Positions 1-9,505 of a stretch of DNA of 64,000 nt are shown here, piece by piece. Within the stretch, counting starts at the first letter, position 1. The number at the start of each line of letters is the position of its first letter. Made by a program: the position numbers and the translations under genes. A model generated the notes under the pieces. That model was given only the letters and a program-made list of their open reading frames with translations, searched no databases and was not told the DNA's origin. The DNA comes from an uncultured Desulfospira sp. (GTDB taxonomy: Bacteria; Desulfobacterota; Desulfobacteria; Desulfobacterales; Desulfobacteraceae), in contig OY760175.1 of NCBI GenBank assembly GCA_963663165.1, positions 4,352,001 through 4,416,000 of the forward strand, in the 5' to 3' direction.

Positions 1-392
1 AGCACCCTTCCGGAGCCGTCCAGAATGCAGATATACCCGTTGGTGCCGATTTTCTGGCAGAAAATGATGTCAACAGCACGGGCTTTGGCTTCTTCCAGGC
101 TGATCTGTCCAGATCTGGCCTGGTCGTAAAGCCGGGCAATGATTTCATAATTTTTTTCAGCCACGGCCCGGAGGCGATTTTTTATGGAAACACTGACGGC
201 TGTTTTGACGTTGTTGAGAATGGCCGACGCAGAATTTTTCAGCTCGCTTTCAATGTTGTGCTCTACGGTTTTCTTAACAATAGTATAGATGGCTATGCTG
301 GAAAGGGTCATGATCACCATGAAACAGGCACTGTAAATAAAGAGCAGCTTGTACCGGATGGGAAAATTTTTAATTAAACGAAACGGGTTCAT
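1..392 (-). CDS. Cache-domain membrane sensor (likely histidine kinase), N-terminal part, runs off window
   Basis: Manual translation from ATG at 392: MNPFRLIKNFPIRYKLLFIYSACF...ESELKNSASAILNNVKTAVSVSIKNRLRAVAEKN...QKIGTNGYI, clearly paralogous to the N-terminus of 45756-47966. Confidence 0.8.
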   Translation of the reverse strand, partial: MNPFRLIKNFPIRYKLLFIYSACFMVIMTLSSIAIYTIVKKTVEHNIESELKNSASAILNNVKTAVSVSIKNRLRAVAEKNYEIIARLYDQARSGQISLEEAKARAVDIIFCQKIGTNGYICILDGSGRV

Positions 393-568
393 GGCGTGTC
401 CTTGAAAAAAAATAATGCTAAAAAAAGCATTCCCTTGAACGGTTTTCTTTGGCGACGATCTTACTATACCATTTTGAGCGATACAAATTTTAAAGCTAAC
501 AATAGGATTTTATAAAACCGTCAGGGTTTGTCAATGGTGAAATTTTATACCCCATTGATTGACATTTT

Positions 569-1057
569 ATGATTCATCCAAAGATTAACCCCAGAGAAGA
601 AGTGCCGTTGTCCGGTATGGGGCATTACGTTTGTTTACGGAGAAGAAAGGTGACGGAAAAAGAATTTGATTTTTGGCAGGACCATTCGCTGAATTATTTG
701 AACATGGCCTTTTCCCATGACCGGCAGGAAAGAATTGAAAATCCGGACGGGTATGGAAAACGGACCGGGGACTGCGGTGACACGGTGGAGTTCTTTTTGC
801 AAATGAAAGATCAACTGATCCAAAGTGCGTCTTACGATATTCAAGGATGCATGAACACCAATGCCAGCGCCGCCGCCTTGGCCCAGATGGTTGAAGGAAA
901 GGATATGGCATCTGCCTGGACAATTACAGACCAGACCATCATTGAATTTTTAAAAACCCTTCCCGAAGACAACCACCATTGTGCCGAACTGGCGGTGGGC
1001 GCATTTTATCTGGCCCTTTCCGATTATGAAAAAAAAGGCCGCCGGAACAAGCCCTGA
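569..1057 (+). CDS. NifU/IscU N-terminal-like Fe-S cluster scaffold protein
   Basis: GDCGD, GCMNTNAS and HHCAELA carry the three scaffold cysteines; true start may be GTG near 650. Confidence 0.85.
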   Translation: MIHPKINPREEVPLSGMGHYVCLRRRKVTEKEFDFWQDHSLNYLNMAFSHDRQERIENPDGYGKRTGDCGDTVEFFLQMKDQLIQSASYDIQGCMNTNASAAALAQMVEGKDMASAWTITDQTIIEFLKTLPEDNHHCAELAVGAFYLALSDYEKKGRRNKP

Positions 1058-1167
1058 TTCCATCCGGTGTTACGCATAAAAATTATCCGCCATTCTCCAA
1101 AAAGCCGTGTTCATTTGCAACGAACCATAGGGCGCCCCTTAAATGCGCGAAGATGGGGCACTGCTGA

Positions 1168-1367
1168 CAGGGCAATCGCATGTAAAAAAACAATCCACCC
1201 TGGAATGGGAAATAAGGAGAGTCTCCAAAATAATGGACTTGGGACTTGGGATATGGGACTTGGGGATTGCAGTATCCACGGCCTTACCCAAGTCCCCATT
1301 TTATACATTATTATCCTTATCATCAAAATTGATATCACCGGCAGGCAAGTTACGTGCGATCACCCTG
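1168..1367. mobile_element. 200-bp MITE with ISAs1-like termini
   Basis: Imperfect 18-bp TIRs CAGGGCAATCGCATGTAA / TTACGTGCGATCACCCTG; exact 10-bp duplication GCACTGCTGA at 1158-1167 and 1368-1377. Confidence 0.85.
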
Positions 1368-1450
1368 GCACTGCTGAACAGTTACATTTTTTTTAAATGG
1401 TATGTGTGATATGTTGGCTGAACTGATTTGTAAATAATCAATTAAAGGAT

Positions 1451-3214
1451 ATGATGTATATGTTTATAACGATCTGTAAATACAAAAATTTTATCAAAAA
1501 AGATTTGCACTTATGGACCAGCGCCGTTCTGGTTGGTTTGATATTGATGGGACCCTGTGGGACCCTGTGGGCCGAATCCGGGGAATCCTCACCGACCCTG
1601 GAAACTTCAACTGCCGACACATCCCGGCCCCCTAAGGTTGAAACCCCGGACAGCACCTCGATGGATATGCTTTTGTCCATTCTTGAACTGAAAAAAAGCC
1701 TTGAAAATCGAATTTCCCAGAAAAAAACCCAGTTGGGGAACAGTTCATCTGAAACGGAAAAGGCGGAACTCACCGAAGAACTGGCCAAGCTTGATGAAGC
1801 CCTGGCCGGCGCTAACACGGATTTTGAACGGATCGCCACCGGCATTGACATCGGGATTTTTGCCCAGAAAAAAGAAGAAAAATTCAATTGGGAAGATGAG
1901 CTGGTTTCTCTGGTGGAACCGGGAATCATGGAACTCAAACAACTCACGGCCAGGGCCCGGCACAAAACCAAGCTCAAAGATCAGATCGCCTATTATGAAT
2001 CAGCCCTTCCCGTGGCCACCAAGGCCGGTGAAAATCTTAAAACCATGATCGAAAAGGCCAATGACAAAGAACTCAAAGACAGCCTTCAGGCCCTGGTGCC
2101 CGAGTGGGAGGGGGTGCAAAGCCAGGTTAAAAGCAAGCTTGAAGTCATTCAGATGGAGTTAAACAAAATAGAGGCCAAAGACCAGTCTTTGCTGGAATCC
2201 GGCCAGACCTCCATTAAAAAGTTTTTCCGCACCCGGGGACTTTTTCTTTTAATTGCCGTGCTGGCCTGCGTTTGTCTGGTGCTTTTTTTAAGGTTCCTTC
2301 ACCGAAAAGTGATCGCTGTGGTGCCCGGGTATTCAAAAAAGTACCAGCCCTTTCATGTCAAAGCCATCGGCCTGTTTTTCAGTGTTCTGACCCTGGTCAT
2401 GTCCATTTTTGTCCTGATCCTTGTGTTTTACCTGTTTGAGGACTGGGTGCTGCTTTCTTTGGTGATTCTATTGCTGGCGGGGCTTATATGGACGGCCAAA
2501 AACACCTTGCCCGGATACGTGGACCAGGCCCGGCTCATTCTCAACATCGGGCCTGTCCGGGAGGGAGAGCGGGTGGTCCTCAACGGTATTCCCTGGCTGG
2601 TCAAAAATATCAACATGTATTCCGCTCTGGAAAATCCGGACCTGGATATAACCCTCAGGGTGCCCATTGCCGAGTTAATGGACAAGACCTCCCGGGAATT
2701 CAAGTCCTATGAACCCTGGTTTCCCTGCCGGAAAGACGACTGGGTGATTCTTTCCGACGGTATAAGGGGGTGTGTCACCAGCCTGTCCCATGAAATGGTG
2801 GAGCTGGTCCAGCGCGGCGGCGCCCGGAAAACGTACCAGACCGGGGATTTTCTATCTCTAGCGCCTTTAAATCTTTCGGCGAATTTTAGGATAAAGGTGC
2901 TGTTTGGGATTTCCTATGATCTTCAGGCCGAATCCACGGGCCGGATTTTAGAAATTCTGGACCAGACCATTAAAAAACGAATCCAGGAGGAAGGGTATGA
3001 AGATTCCCTCCTCAACCTTCGGGTTGAATTCGCCCAGGCCGGCGGGTCATCCCTTGATTTTGTCGTGATTTCAGACTTTAAAGGGGACATGGCACCGTTG
3101 TACAACCGGCTTAACCGGGCCATTCAAAGATGGTGCGTGGATGCCTGCACGGAAAACAACTGGGAAATTCCCTTTCCCCAGCTTACGGTCCATAAATGCA
3201 GGGAATTAGACTGA
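1451..3214 (+). CDS. MscS-family mechanosensitive channel with periplasmic coiled-coil N-terminus
   Basis: Signal-like N-terminus, coiled coil, TM helices, GPVREGERV, C-terminal WEIPFPQLTVH. Confidence 0.8.
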   Translation: MMYMFITICKYKNFIKKDLHLWTSAVLVGLILMGPCGTLWAESGESSPTLETSTADTSRPPKVETPDSTSMDMLLSILELKKSLENRISQKKTQLGNSSSETEKAELTEELAKLDEALAGANTDFERIATGIDIGIFAQKKEEKFNWEDELVSLVEPGIMELKQLTARARHKTKLKDQIAYYESALPVATKAGENLKTMIEKANDKELKDSLQALVPEWEGVQSQVKSKLEVIQMELNKIEAKDQSLLESGQTSIKKFFRTRGLFLLIAVLACVCLVLFLRFLHRKVIAVVPGYSKKYQPFHVKAIGLFFSVLTLVMSIFVLILVFYLFEDWVLLSLVILLLAGLIWTAKNTLPGYVDQARLILNIGPVREGERVVLNGIPWLVKNINMYSALENPDLDITLRVPIAELMDKTSREFKSYEPWFPCRKDDWVILSDGIRGCVTSLSHEMVELVQRGGARKTYQTGDFLSLAPLNLSANFRIKVLFGISYDLQAESTGRILEILDQTIKKRIQEEGYEDSLLNLRVEFAQAGGSSLDFVVISDFKGDMAPLYNRLNRAIQRWCVDACTENNWEIPFPQLTVHKCRELD

Positions 3215-3275
3215 AGGCTGAAGGGGCTTAGGGCTGCGCATCCCTTCAGCCTAACCACCTTCAGCCTAATTACCA
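3213..3275. repeat. AGGCTGAAG/CTTCAGCCT REP-like inverted repeat
   Basis: GAAGGCTGAAGGG...CCCTTCAGCCTAA...CCTTCAGCCTAA just after the stop; same motif at about 36586-36625. Confidence 0.6.
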
Positions 3276-3415
3276 TTTTTATTAAATTTACTAACGATGT
3301 CCAAATATCCTGCCTGATTATAAATGGGGTTACCCTGGAATAATATGCGCAGGGGTAGATTTGTTCGGCGAAATAATGTAGGTATGGTAGGAAAAAATTA
3401 ATAAAAAAAACCGAT

Positions 3416-5554
3416 ATGAAAGCGGAAAAAAACATATTTGCGGAGATTAAAAACTCCGGTAATTTTCCCAAGCTGCCCCAGGTGATGGTTAAGCTGCTCA
3501 AGGCCTGCAATGATGAGCAGTCCGACACCCGGGATGTCACCGAGATTATTTCCACGGATCCGGGACTGGTATCCAAAATGCTTCAGGTGATCGGTTCCGT
3601 CTATGCCAATCTGCCCGGAGAGGTGAAAACCATTAAAGACGCCGTGGTCTATCTTGGCCTGGACACCATTAAGAATATGGCCATTTCATCATCGGCCATG
3701 CATTTTTTCAAGCTGATCAACGTGCCGCCCGGGTTTGATATGAACCGGTTCTGGCTTCATTCTTATAAGTGCGGACTTCTGGCCCAGCAACTGGCACGGG
3801 AATACAACCTGCCCAATGAAGATGAATTTTTCCTGGCAGGCCTTCTCCATGATATCGGCCGGCTGGTTTTGATCCAGACAGACCCCGAGGCCTATGAAAC
3901 CATTATCAGCACCACATCTGACGAGACCCGGATTCAGGCCATGGAAATGGAAATTTTCGGGGCCGATACCCCCCGGATCAGTGCCTGGTTTTTCCGACAG
4001 TGGAATTTGAACCCCATTGTTTCCGGAGCGGTTCTGTTCATTAATGAACCCGTGGAAAAAATTCAAGGGGAGCTGGCCCAGATCAAGGCGGTTTATCTGG
4101 CCAATATTCTGGCCGATCCGTCAGGCCGTGACCGGATACCGGAACTGGCCGAATTTTCAGACCTGTCCCAGGATATTCTCAATGAAATGACCTACAAAGT
4201 TGAGCAGGAGGCCGATGAAATGGCCGAGACCCTTGGGATAAAGGGCGGCCCGGAAACGGCTCAGGCCCAGGATGATGCCATTGGCGGCGAAATCAAGGAT
4301 TATTCCCTGCTTTACGGCACCCTGGACAACCTGCTTAAGGCCCGGGATCTTGACGGGATCATGGAGATTGCCCAGAACGGGCTGAAGATTATGTTTAATG
4401 TCGGCCGGGTATTTTTCTTTTTTCCCGATGAAAGACAAGGGCAGATTACCGGCGACTGCTCCCCAAAGGACCGGCTGTATAAAATTATTAAAAGCATTGC
4501 CCTGCCCATGTCCAACAAGACCAGCCTGCTGGTTGAGTCCGTAAAAACCAACAAAATTCAATCCAGTTTTATGGTTCGGGATCGAAAAATTCAGGCCATG
4601 TCCGATACCCAGATCATCCGTTTGCTGGAAACCGAGGGGATGATCTGCATCCCTGTAAGTTCCCCCCAAAAGGTGGTCTGCCTGATCGTGGCCGGTGTGA
4701 GCCAGACCGAGGCCGGCCGGATGTACCGGGATCAGGGGATGCTGGACCTGTTTTCACGGCAGGTGGGGGTCTGCATGGAAAACCTGTTTTTTCATCAGGA
4801 GTATGCCGCCAATATCAGCCAGAAGAAAATGGAAGCATATGCCATTTTAACGGATCGGGTGGTCCATGAAATCAACAACCCCATTGCCATCATCAAGAAC
4901 TACCTGGAATCCCTGCGCATGAGGCTGCCGGACAAACATCCGGCCCAGGAAGAGCTGTCCGTGGTGGGGGAGGAAATGAACCGGGTGGCAGCGCTGCTTG
5001 AAGATCTGTCCGTGTTTGCCAAACCCCGGATCGGCGGGTTGGAACCCCTGGATGTGAACCGGTTTTGTTCCCGGATTTTTGAATTTTTAAACAAATCCTT
5101 TTTTATGTCGCGCCGGATTGATACGGATATGGACCTGGACCCTGAACTGCCGAAAATCAAAACAGACCGGAATGCATTAAAGCAGGTGTTGATCAATCTG
5201 CTGAAAAACAGTGCCGAAGCCATGAAAACCGGTGGAAAAATTCAGATTAAAACCAGGTTTCTGGCCGGACCTGAAAAAATTATGATAGATGAGAAGAAAA
5301 AAGATTCCGGCAGGATAGAAATTTGTATCACTGACAATGGCCCCGGAATTTCCCCCCAGATTCTAAGCCGGCTGTTTGAGCCTTATAATTCCAGCAAAAA
5401 AGGAAAGAAAAACCAGGGCTTGGGACTTGCCATAGTCCATTCCATTGTCAAAGAACTTAACGGTGACATCACCTGCGAGACCGAAGAGGGGGCAGGTACC
5501 AGTTTTTCCGTTTTTCTGCCGGTTACACCAGACGAAAAGCCTGAGAGGCTGTAG
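3416..5554 (+). CDS. HDOD-GAF-histidine kinase
   Basis: PKLPQV, TDPGL, FWLHS, AGLLHDIGRL (HDOD); HEINNPI H-box; NLLKNSAEA, DNGPGI, GLGLAI. Confidence 0.9.
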   Translation: MKAEKNIFAEIKNSGNFPKLPQVMVKLLKACNDEQSDTRDVTEIISTDPGLVSKMLQVIGSVYANLPGEVKTIKDAVVYLGLDTIKNMAISSSAMHFFKLINVPPGFDMNRFWLHSYKCGLLAQQLAREYNLPNEDEFFLAGLLHDIGRLVLIQTDPEAYETIISTTSDETRIQAMEMEIFGADTPRISAWFFRQWNLNPIVSGAVLFINEPVEKIQGELAQIKAVYLANILADPSGRDRIPELAEFSDLSQDILNEMTYKVEQEADEMAETLGIKGGPETAQAQDDAIGGEIKDYSLLYGTLDNLLKARDLDGIMEIAQNGLKIMFNVGRVFFFFPDERQGQITGDCSPKDRLYKIIKSIALPMSNKTSLLVESVKTNKIQSSFMVRDRKIQAMSDTQIIRLLETEGMICIPVSSPQKVVCLIVAGVSQTEAGRMYRDQGMLDLFSRQVGVCMENLFFHQEYAANISQKKMEAYAILTDRVVHEINNPIAIIKNYLESLRMRLPDKHPAQEELSVVGEEMNRVAALLEDLSVFAKPRIGGLEPLDVNRFCSRIFEFLNKSFFMSRRIDTDMDLDPELPKIKTDRNALKQVLINLLKNSAEAMKTGGKIQIKTRFLAGPEKIMIDEKKKDSGRIEICITDNGPGISPQILSRLFEPYNSSKKGKKNQGLGLAIVHSIVKELNGDITCETEEGAGTSFSVFLPVTPDEKPERL

Positions 5555-5562
5555 AACCAAGG

Positions 5563-6567
5563 ATGGTTTCATTGATAAAAATGCCTAGCCAAGACAATAC
5601 CAGTCTTCAGATCGGGGCCTTGTTCATGGAAGAGGGGCTGATTTCTTCAAAGGACCTGGAAAGGGCGCTCAGCGTACAGGAAAAAAGCCGGAATTCTGAA
5701 AGCCGGGAAAAACCGCGGCTGTTTGGCATGATTTTATGCGATCTGAATCTGGTGACACCGGTGGATGCCTATTATGTCCTTAAAAAGAACCATAAGCTTC
5801 TCACGGTTCAGGCCTATCTTGAGGCCGAAAATATCGTGCCCCTTGACGTGATCAGGGAATGCGCAGACCGGTCTTTGAAAAGCGGAATCCCGTTGATCAG
5901 TGTTCTGCTGGAAGAAAATGTGCTTCCCAAAAAGCAGCTGGCCCTGATTTTAGTGGATCTGTTCCGGGTCCCGTTAAGGTCCATTAGTGATTTTGTCTTT
6001 AACCAGAAAGACAGGGACAAGCTGGCCAGCCTGATCACCAAGGATGAAGCCTTAAAGAACGGGGTGATTCCGCTGCTGCTCCAGGGGAAAACCCTTTTAA
6101 TCGGCATCACGGACCCGGAGAATTTTTTGTTTATCCGGGAATTAAACGAACGCTCTCCCCTTTACCGGTTTGAAACCCTGTTTATCCCCTATTCCGGATT
6201 TACCTGGTTTTACAAACTGCTGTACAATGAACCCCATATACCGGTTATGTGTGAGAATCCTTCTGATGAAGTCCCCGGGGAACTCTCCTTGCTGCTGAAG
6301 TATCAGATTGATATCAAGGACCCGGTTATTGAACAGGAAGGCGTTCTCGAACTTTGGGAGCGGTATGAGCAGCTTCGGGATCTGGTCGGCCTTGGGGGCA
6401 GAACAGACCGCCATGTGGCATTTCAAACCTTTATCATGGAAAAGCATGAGGAAATTATCCGGAAATTTCATTGCAGATCGGTTCGTTTCAGCCTGGAAAA
6501 GGACCAGGGGAAGGTTCTGATTGCCGCCTTTCCCACAGATCAGGAACAATATCTATGGCCAACGTAA
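5563..6567 (+). CDS. Stand-alone MshEN/GspE N-terminal-like protein without ATPase domain
   Basis: QIGALFMEEGLISSKDLERALSVQ and RLFGMILCDLNLV resemble the MshEN motif; VIPL...LLIGITDP resembles T2SSE_N; no Walker A. Confidence 0.7.
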   Translation: MVSLIKMPSQDNTSLQIGALFMEEGLISSKDLERALSVQEKSRNSESREKPRLFGMILCDLNLVTPVDAYYVLKKNHKLLTVQAYLEAENIVPLDVIRECADRSLKSGIPLISVLLEENVLPKKQLALILVDLFRVPLRSISDFVFNQKDRDKLASLITKDEALKNGVIPLLLQGKTLLIGITDPENFLFIRELNERSPLYRFETLFIPYSGFTWFYKLLYNEPHIPVMCENPSDEVPGELSLLLKYQIDIKDPVIEQEGVLELWERYEQLRDLVGLGGRTDRHVAFQTFIMEKHEEIIRKFHCRSVRFSLEKDQGKVLIAAFPTDQEQYLWPT

Positions 6568-7739
6568 TTACCATTTCCAGCGGAAAGGGCGGGGTGGGCA
6601 AAACCTCCATCAGCCTGAACCTTTCATTGTCCCTTGCGTCAAAAGGCTTTAAGGTCTGCCTGTTTGACGCGGACTTAGGGCTTGCCAATGTGAATATCCT
6701 GACCGGCCTGACGCCTGAACACGGATTGGAAGAGGTCATCCATAACGGCCTTGGCATAAGGCAGATCATGATCAAAGACTTTCATGGGATTGATATTATT
6801 CCGGGAAGTTCCGGTGTTGAAAAAATGGCTGATCTGAGCCGGAAAGAGGCCGACACCCTGATCAAGGCTTTTCTGGATCTGGATGAGTATGATTATTTTT
6901 TGTTTGATACCTCGGCAGGGATTTCTGCCCAGGTCCTGTCCTTTTGCCGGGCATCCCATAAAATGATCCTGGTGGTAACGCCGGAGCCCACCTCTTTGAC
7001 CGATGCCTATTCCTTGTTAAAGGTTCTGTCCAAAACCGGCCGGGTGCCGGACGTAAAAGTGATTTTAAACCAGGTAAAGACCCGGGTTATGGCGGTCAAT
7101 ACCTGGAAAAAATTAAAAGAAACCGTTCAACGGTTTTTAACCGTAAAAATTTCTCCTTTGGGGATTGTGGCCAAAGACCCCCATGTTTCAAAGGCGGTTA
7201 TTTCCCATGTTCCCTTTGTTATTTCCTCGGCCTCATCTCCTGCAGCCAAATGCATTGCCGGCATTGCCGATAAGCTGGCCCAATCCGGCAAAGATCAGCC
7301 CGGAATCCCCATGGAGCTGTTCTGGCAGCAGTGCTTTGATGATCTGAACACGTTTGAAACGGCAGATACGGTCCCGGCCGAACCGGTTCAGAAAGATAAG
7401 GTGCCGGCAGGTCTTTTGGCCTCGCAAAATTCTGCTAAAATGGCGTTGATCACCCAGAACCTGTCCCGGATCGAAGAGCGGCTTTCAAGCCTTGTTGAGG
7501 CGGCGGCGGGCATCAAAACCCTTGTGGATGACGTGGCCCGGATCAAGGAACTGCTTTCCGGGCAAACCGGGGCCGGTGGAGAAAAAAGTCAGAAAGACAC
7601 CGGGCCATTCCAATCCGAACCTTCTTTTTCCGATTCGGATCAGCCGGACCAGGCTTCAGATGCCCTGATGCCCCTGCCCAAACCCGGAAAGATTTACCTG
7701 GATTTTGATGCCTGGATGGAGAAGCGGGGAACGCGTTAA
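6555..7739 (+). CDS. MinD/ParA-family (FlhG/YlxH-like) ATPase with C-terminal extension
   Basis: Deviant Walker A SGKGGVGKT, DADLGLANV, DTSAGI, TPEPTSLTDAY; ATG at 6555 overlaps the upstream stop. Confidence 0.88.
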   Translation: MANVITISSGKGGVGKTSISLNLSLSLASKGFKVCLFDADLGLANVNILTGLTPEHGLEEVIHNGLGIRQIMIKDFHGIDIIPGSSGVEKMADLSRKEADTLIKAFLDLDEYDYFLFDTSAGISAQVLSFCRASHKMILVVTPEPTSLTDAYSLLKVLSKTGRVPDVKVILNQVKTRVMAVNTWKKLKETVQRFLTVKISPLGIVAKDPHVSKAVISHVPFVISSASSPAAKCIAGIADKLAQSGKDQPGIPMELFWQQCFDDLNTFETADTVPAEPVQKDKVPAGLLASQNSAKMALITQNLSRIEERLSSLVEAAAGIKTLVDDVARIKELLSGQTGAGGEKSQKDTGPFQSEPSFSDSDQPDQASDALMPLPKPGKIYLDFDAWMEKRGTR

Positions 7740-8905
7740 TCGCTGATATTAAGTATTTTCAAACAGTTTGAAAGTTCCTGGGGCGTACCGGTATGCTTGC
7801 CTTTATCGTCTGAAAGCTTGACCGTCTCCTGCCAGCGCCGCTTGTTGTCCGGCCTTGCCCTGGACATTTTGATGACCATGTTCAACGGCTTGACCCCCAC
7901 GTCATTGGTCAGGTTGGTCCCGATCCCGTAAGAGTCTTTGATTTTTCCCTTACACTCCCTGTGGATGGCAATGGCCCGGTCAACGTCCAGCCCGTCTGAA
8001 AAAACAACGGTTTTGGAAGCCGGGTCTATGTGCAGCTTTTTATAGTGGGCCAGGATCTGGTGCAAAAAGGTTACCGGATCTCCCGAATCCTGCCTCACCC
8101 CGTCAAAAAGTTTGGCATGAACGGTGTCAAACCCGGACAGGAACACGTCGGTGGTATAAGTGTCGGTCAGGGCTATGCCCAGATCGCCCTGGAAGACCCG
8201 GACCCAGGCATCCTGGGCCGTGATGTTGGCCATCTGGTAGCCGGAAAGAATGGCATGGAACATGAGCCATTCATGGGCCAGGGTCCCGATGGGGGTGATG
8301 TTGAATTTTTTGGCAAAGTGAACGTTGCTGGTCCCCACAAAGGTGTGGTTTTCAAGCTCAAGGATGTCTTTGATCAGATTTTCATGGTTGGCGGCCGAAT
8401 ACCGGCGCCGGGTGCCGAAATCGGCAAATTTCACCTGGTGCAGGCGCATGGTTTCGGCTTTTTTCCGGTTAATGTCCCGGATTTCCTGCCGGGTCATGGT
8501 CGGAAAGTCCATCATGGAAAAATAAATTTCGCTGATCAGGGCCATCAGGGGGATTTCCCACAATATGGTCCGGTACCATGGGCCTTTAACGGTCAGTAAC
8601 AAATCAACGCCATGCTGTTCAATGCGGACTTCGCCGGGATCAAAGACGTAGGATTCAAGGAAATCCAGATAGACCGGGGTAAGAAAATAGCAGGTATCTT
8701 CCAGGTATTGTTTTTCTTCCCTGGATAAACTTAAACCCGCCATTTCGTCAACCTTTGCCCGGATCCTCTGGGCAAAGCCTTCAGGGAAGGGGGTATTTCC
8801 CCTGTTGAGGAATTTATATTCAGCCTCGGCCCGGGGATACAGCATGTGGGCGGCCTGCTGCATGGTAAATTTGTATAAGTCGTTGTCCAGAATACTCTGA
8901 ATCAT
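7736..8905 (-). CDS. pncB: Nicotinate phosphoribosyltransferase
   Basis: LDNDLYKFTMQ, DFGTRRR, GTSN, GTLAHE, LTDTY, RQDSGDP, GIGTNLTND, KLSDDKGK. Confidence 0.96.
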   Translation of the reverse strand: MIQSILDNDLYKFTMQQAAHMLYPRAEAEYKFLNRGNTPFPEGFAQRIRAKVDEMAGLSLSREEKQYLEDTCYFLTPVYLDFLESYVFDPGEVRIEQHGVDLLLTVKGPWYRTILWEIPLMALISEIYFSMMDFPTMTRQEIRDINRKKAETMRLHQVKFADFGTRRRYSAANHENLIKDILELENHTFVGTSNVHFAKKFNITPIGTLAHEWLMFHAILSGYQMANITAQDAWVRVFQGDLGIALTDTYTTDVFLSGFDTVHAKLFDGVRQDSGDPVTFLHQILAHYKKLHIDPASKTVVFSDGLDVDRAIAIHRECKGKIKDSYGIGTNLTNDVGVKPLNMVIKMSRARPDNKRRWQETVKLSDDKGKHTGTPQELSNCLKILNISD

Positions 8906-8988
8906 GTCTTCCCTTTGTTTGTTTGGAAAAATTGACCGCTGTTATACCGTTTTTACGGTGATTTGTATACAGGACCCTGGAAAAATTG

Positions 8989-9292
8989 CAGGGTGATCGC
9001 ATGTAAAAAAATTATCCTTAATGCTTTTTATTTACATATGCATTCAAGGCCCGCCCCTCTGTGTAGTTTGGCGAAAGCCAAACCTCGGTGCCCTCTGTGG
9101 TTTAAAAACATGAAATCCCGAAGGGATTGAATTGTTCTTCGTTAACCTCCCGGTTTTTATAAATTGTGGGCTTCGCCCACTCTTTATATTTAACCACAGA
9201 GGGGCACAGAGAAACACAGAGTTTCAGTGCTGCGCACTGAAATTGCATTCGGTAAGCTTAAACAGTGGGGAAAGTTACATGCGATTGCCCTG
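8989..9292. mobile_element. 304-bp MITE with ISAs1-like termini and hairpin-rich interior
   Basis: TIRs CAGGGTGATCGCATGTAA / TTACATGCGATTGCCCTG; exact 10-bp duplication GGAAAAATTG at 8979-8988 and 9293-9302. Confidence 0.85.
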
Positions 9293-9505
9293 GGAAAAAT
9301 TGCCGGAAACTGGAAACGGCAGGCCGGGTCTGCGGCTATGGAACTGTATTTAATAAACCCCATTTATCTATAAAATTAAAAATGCCCCGTATCGGGAACC
9401 ATCAGGACATCCGGATCAGGTTCAGATGCCATTGAGGCCAATGACAGCGAAACTTTCGGAGAGGATGCTTCAGCCATTTACAGCAAAGGGCCGGCAACTA
9501 TTGAT

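Noticed and set aside
1067..1409. Short ORFs at 1067, 1111 and 1143
   Set aside because: They run across a MITE and heptamer repeats and show no protein motifs.
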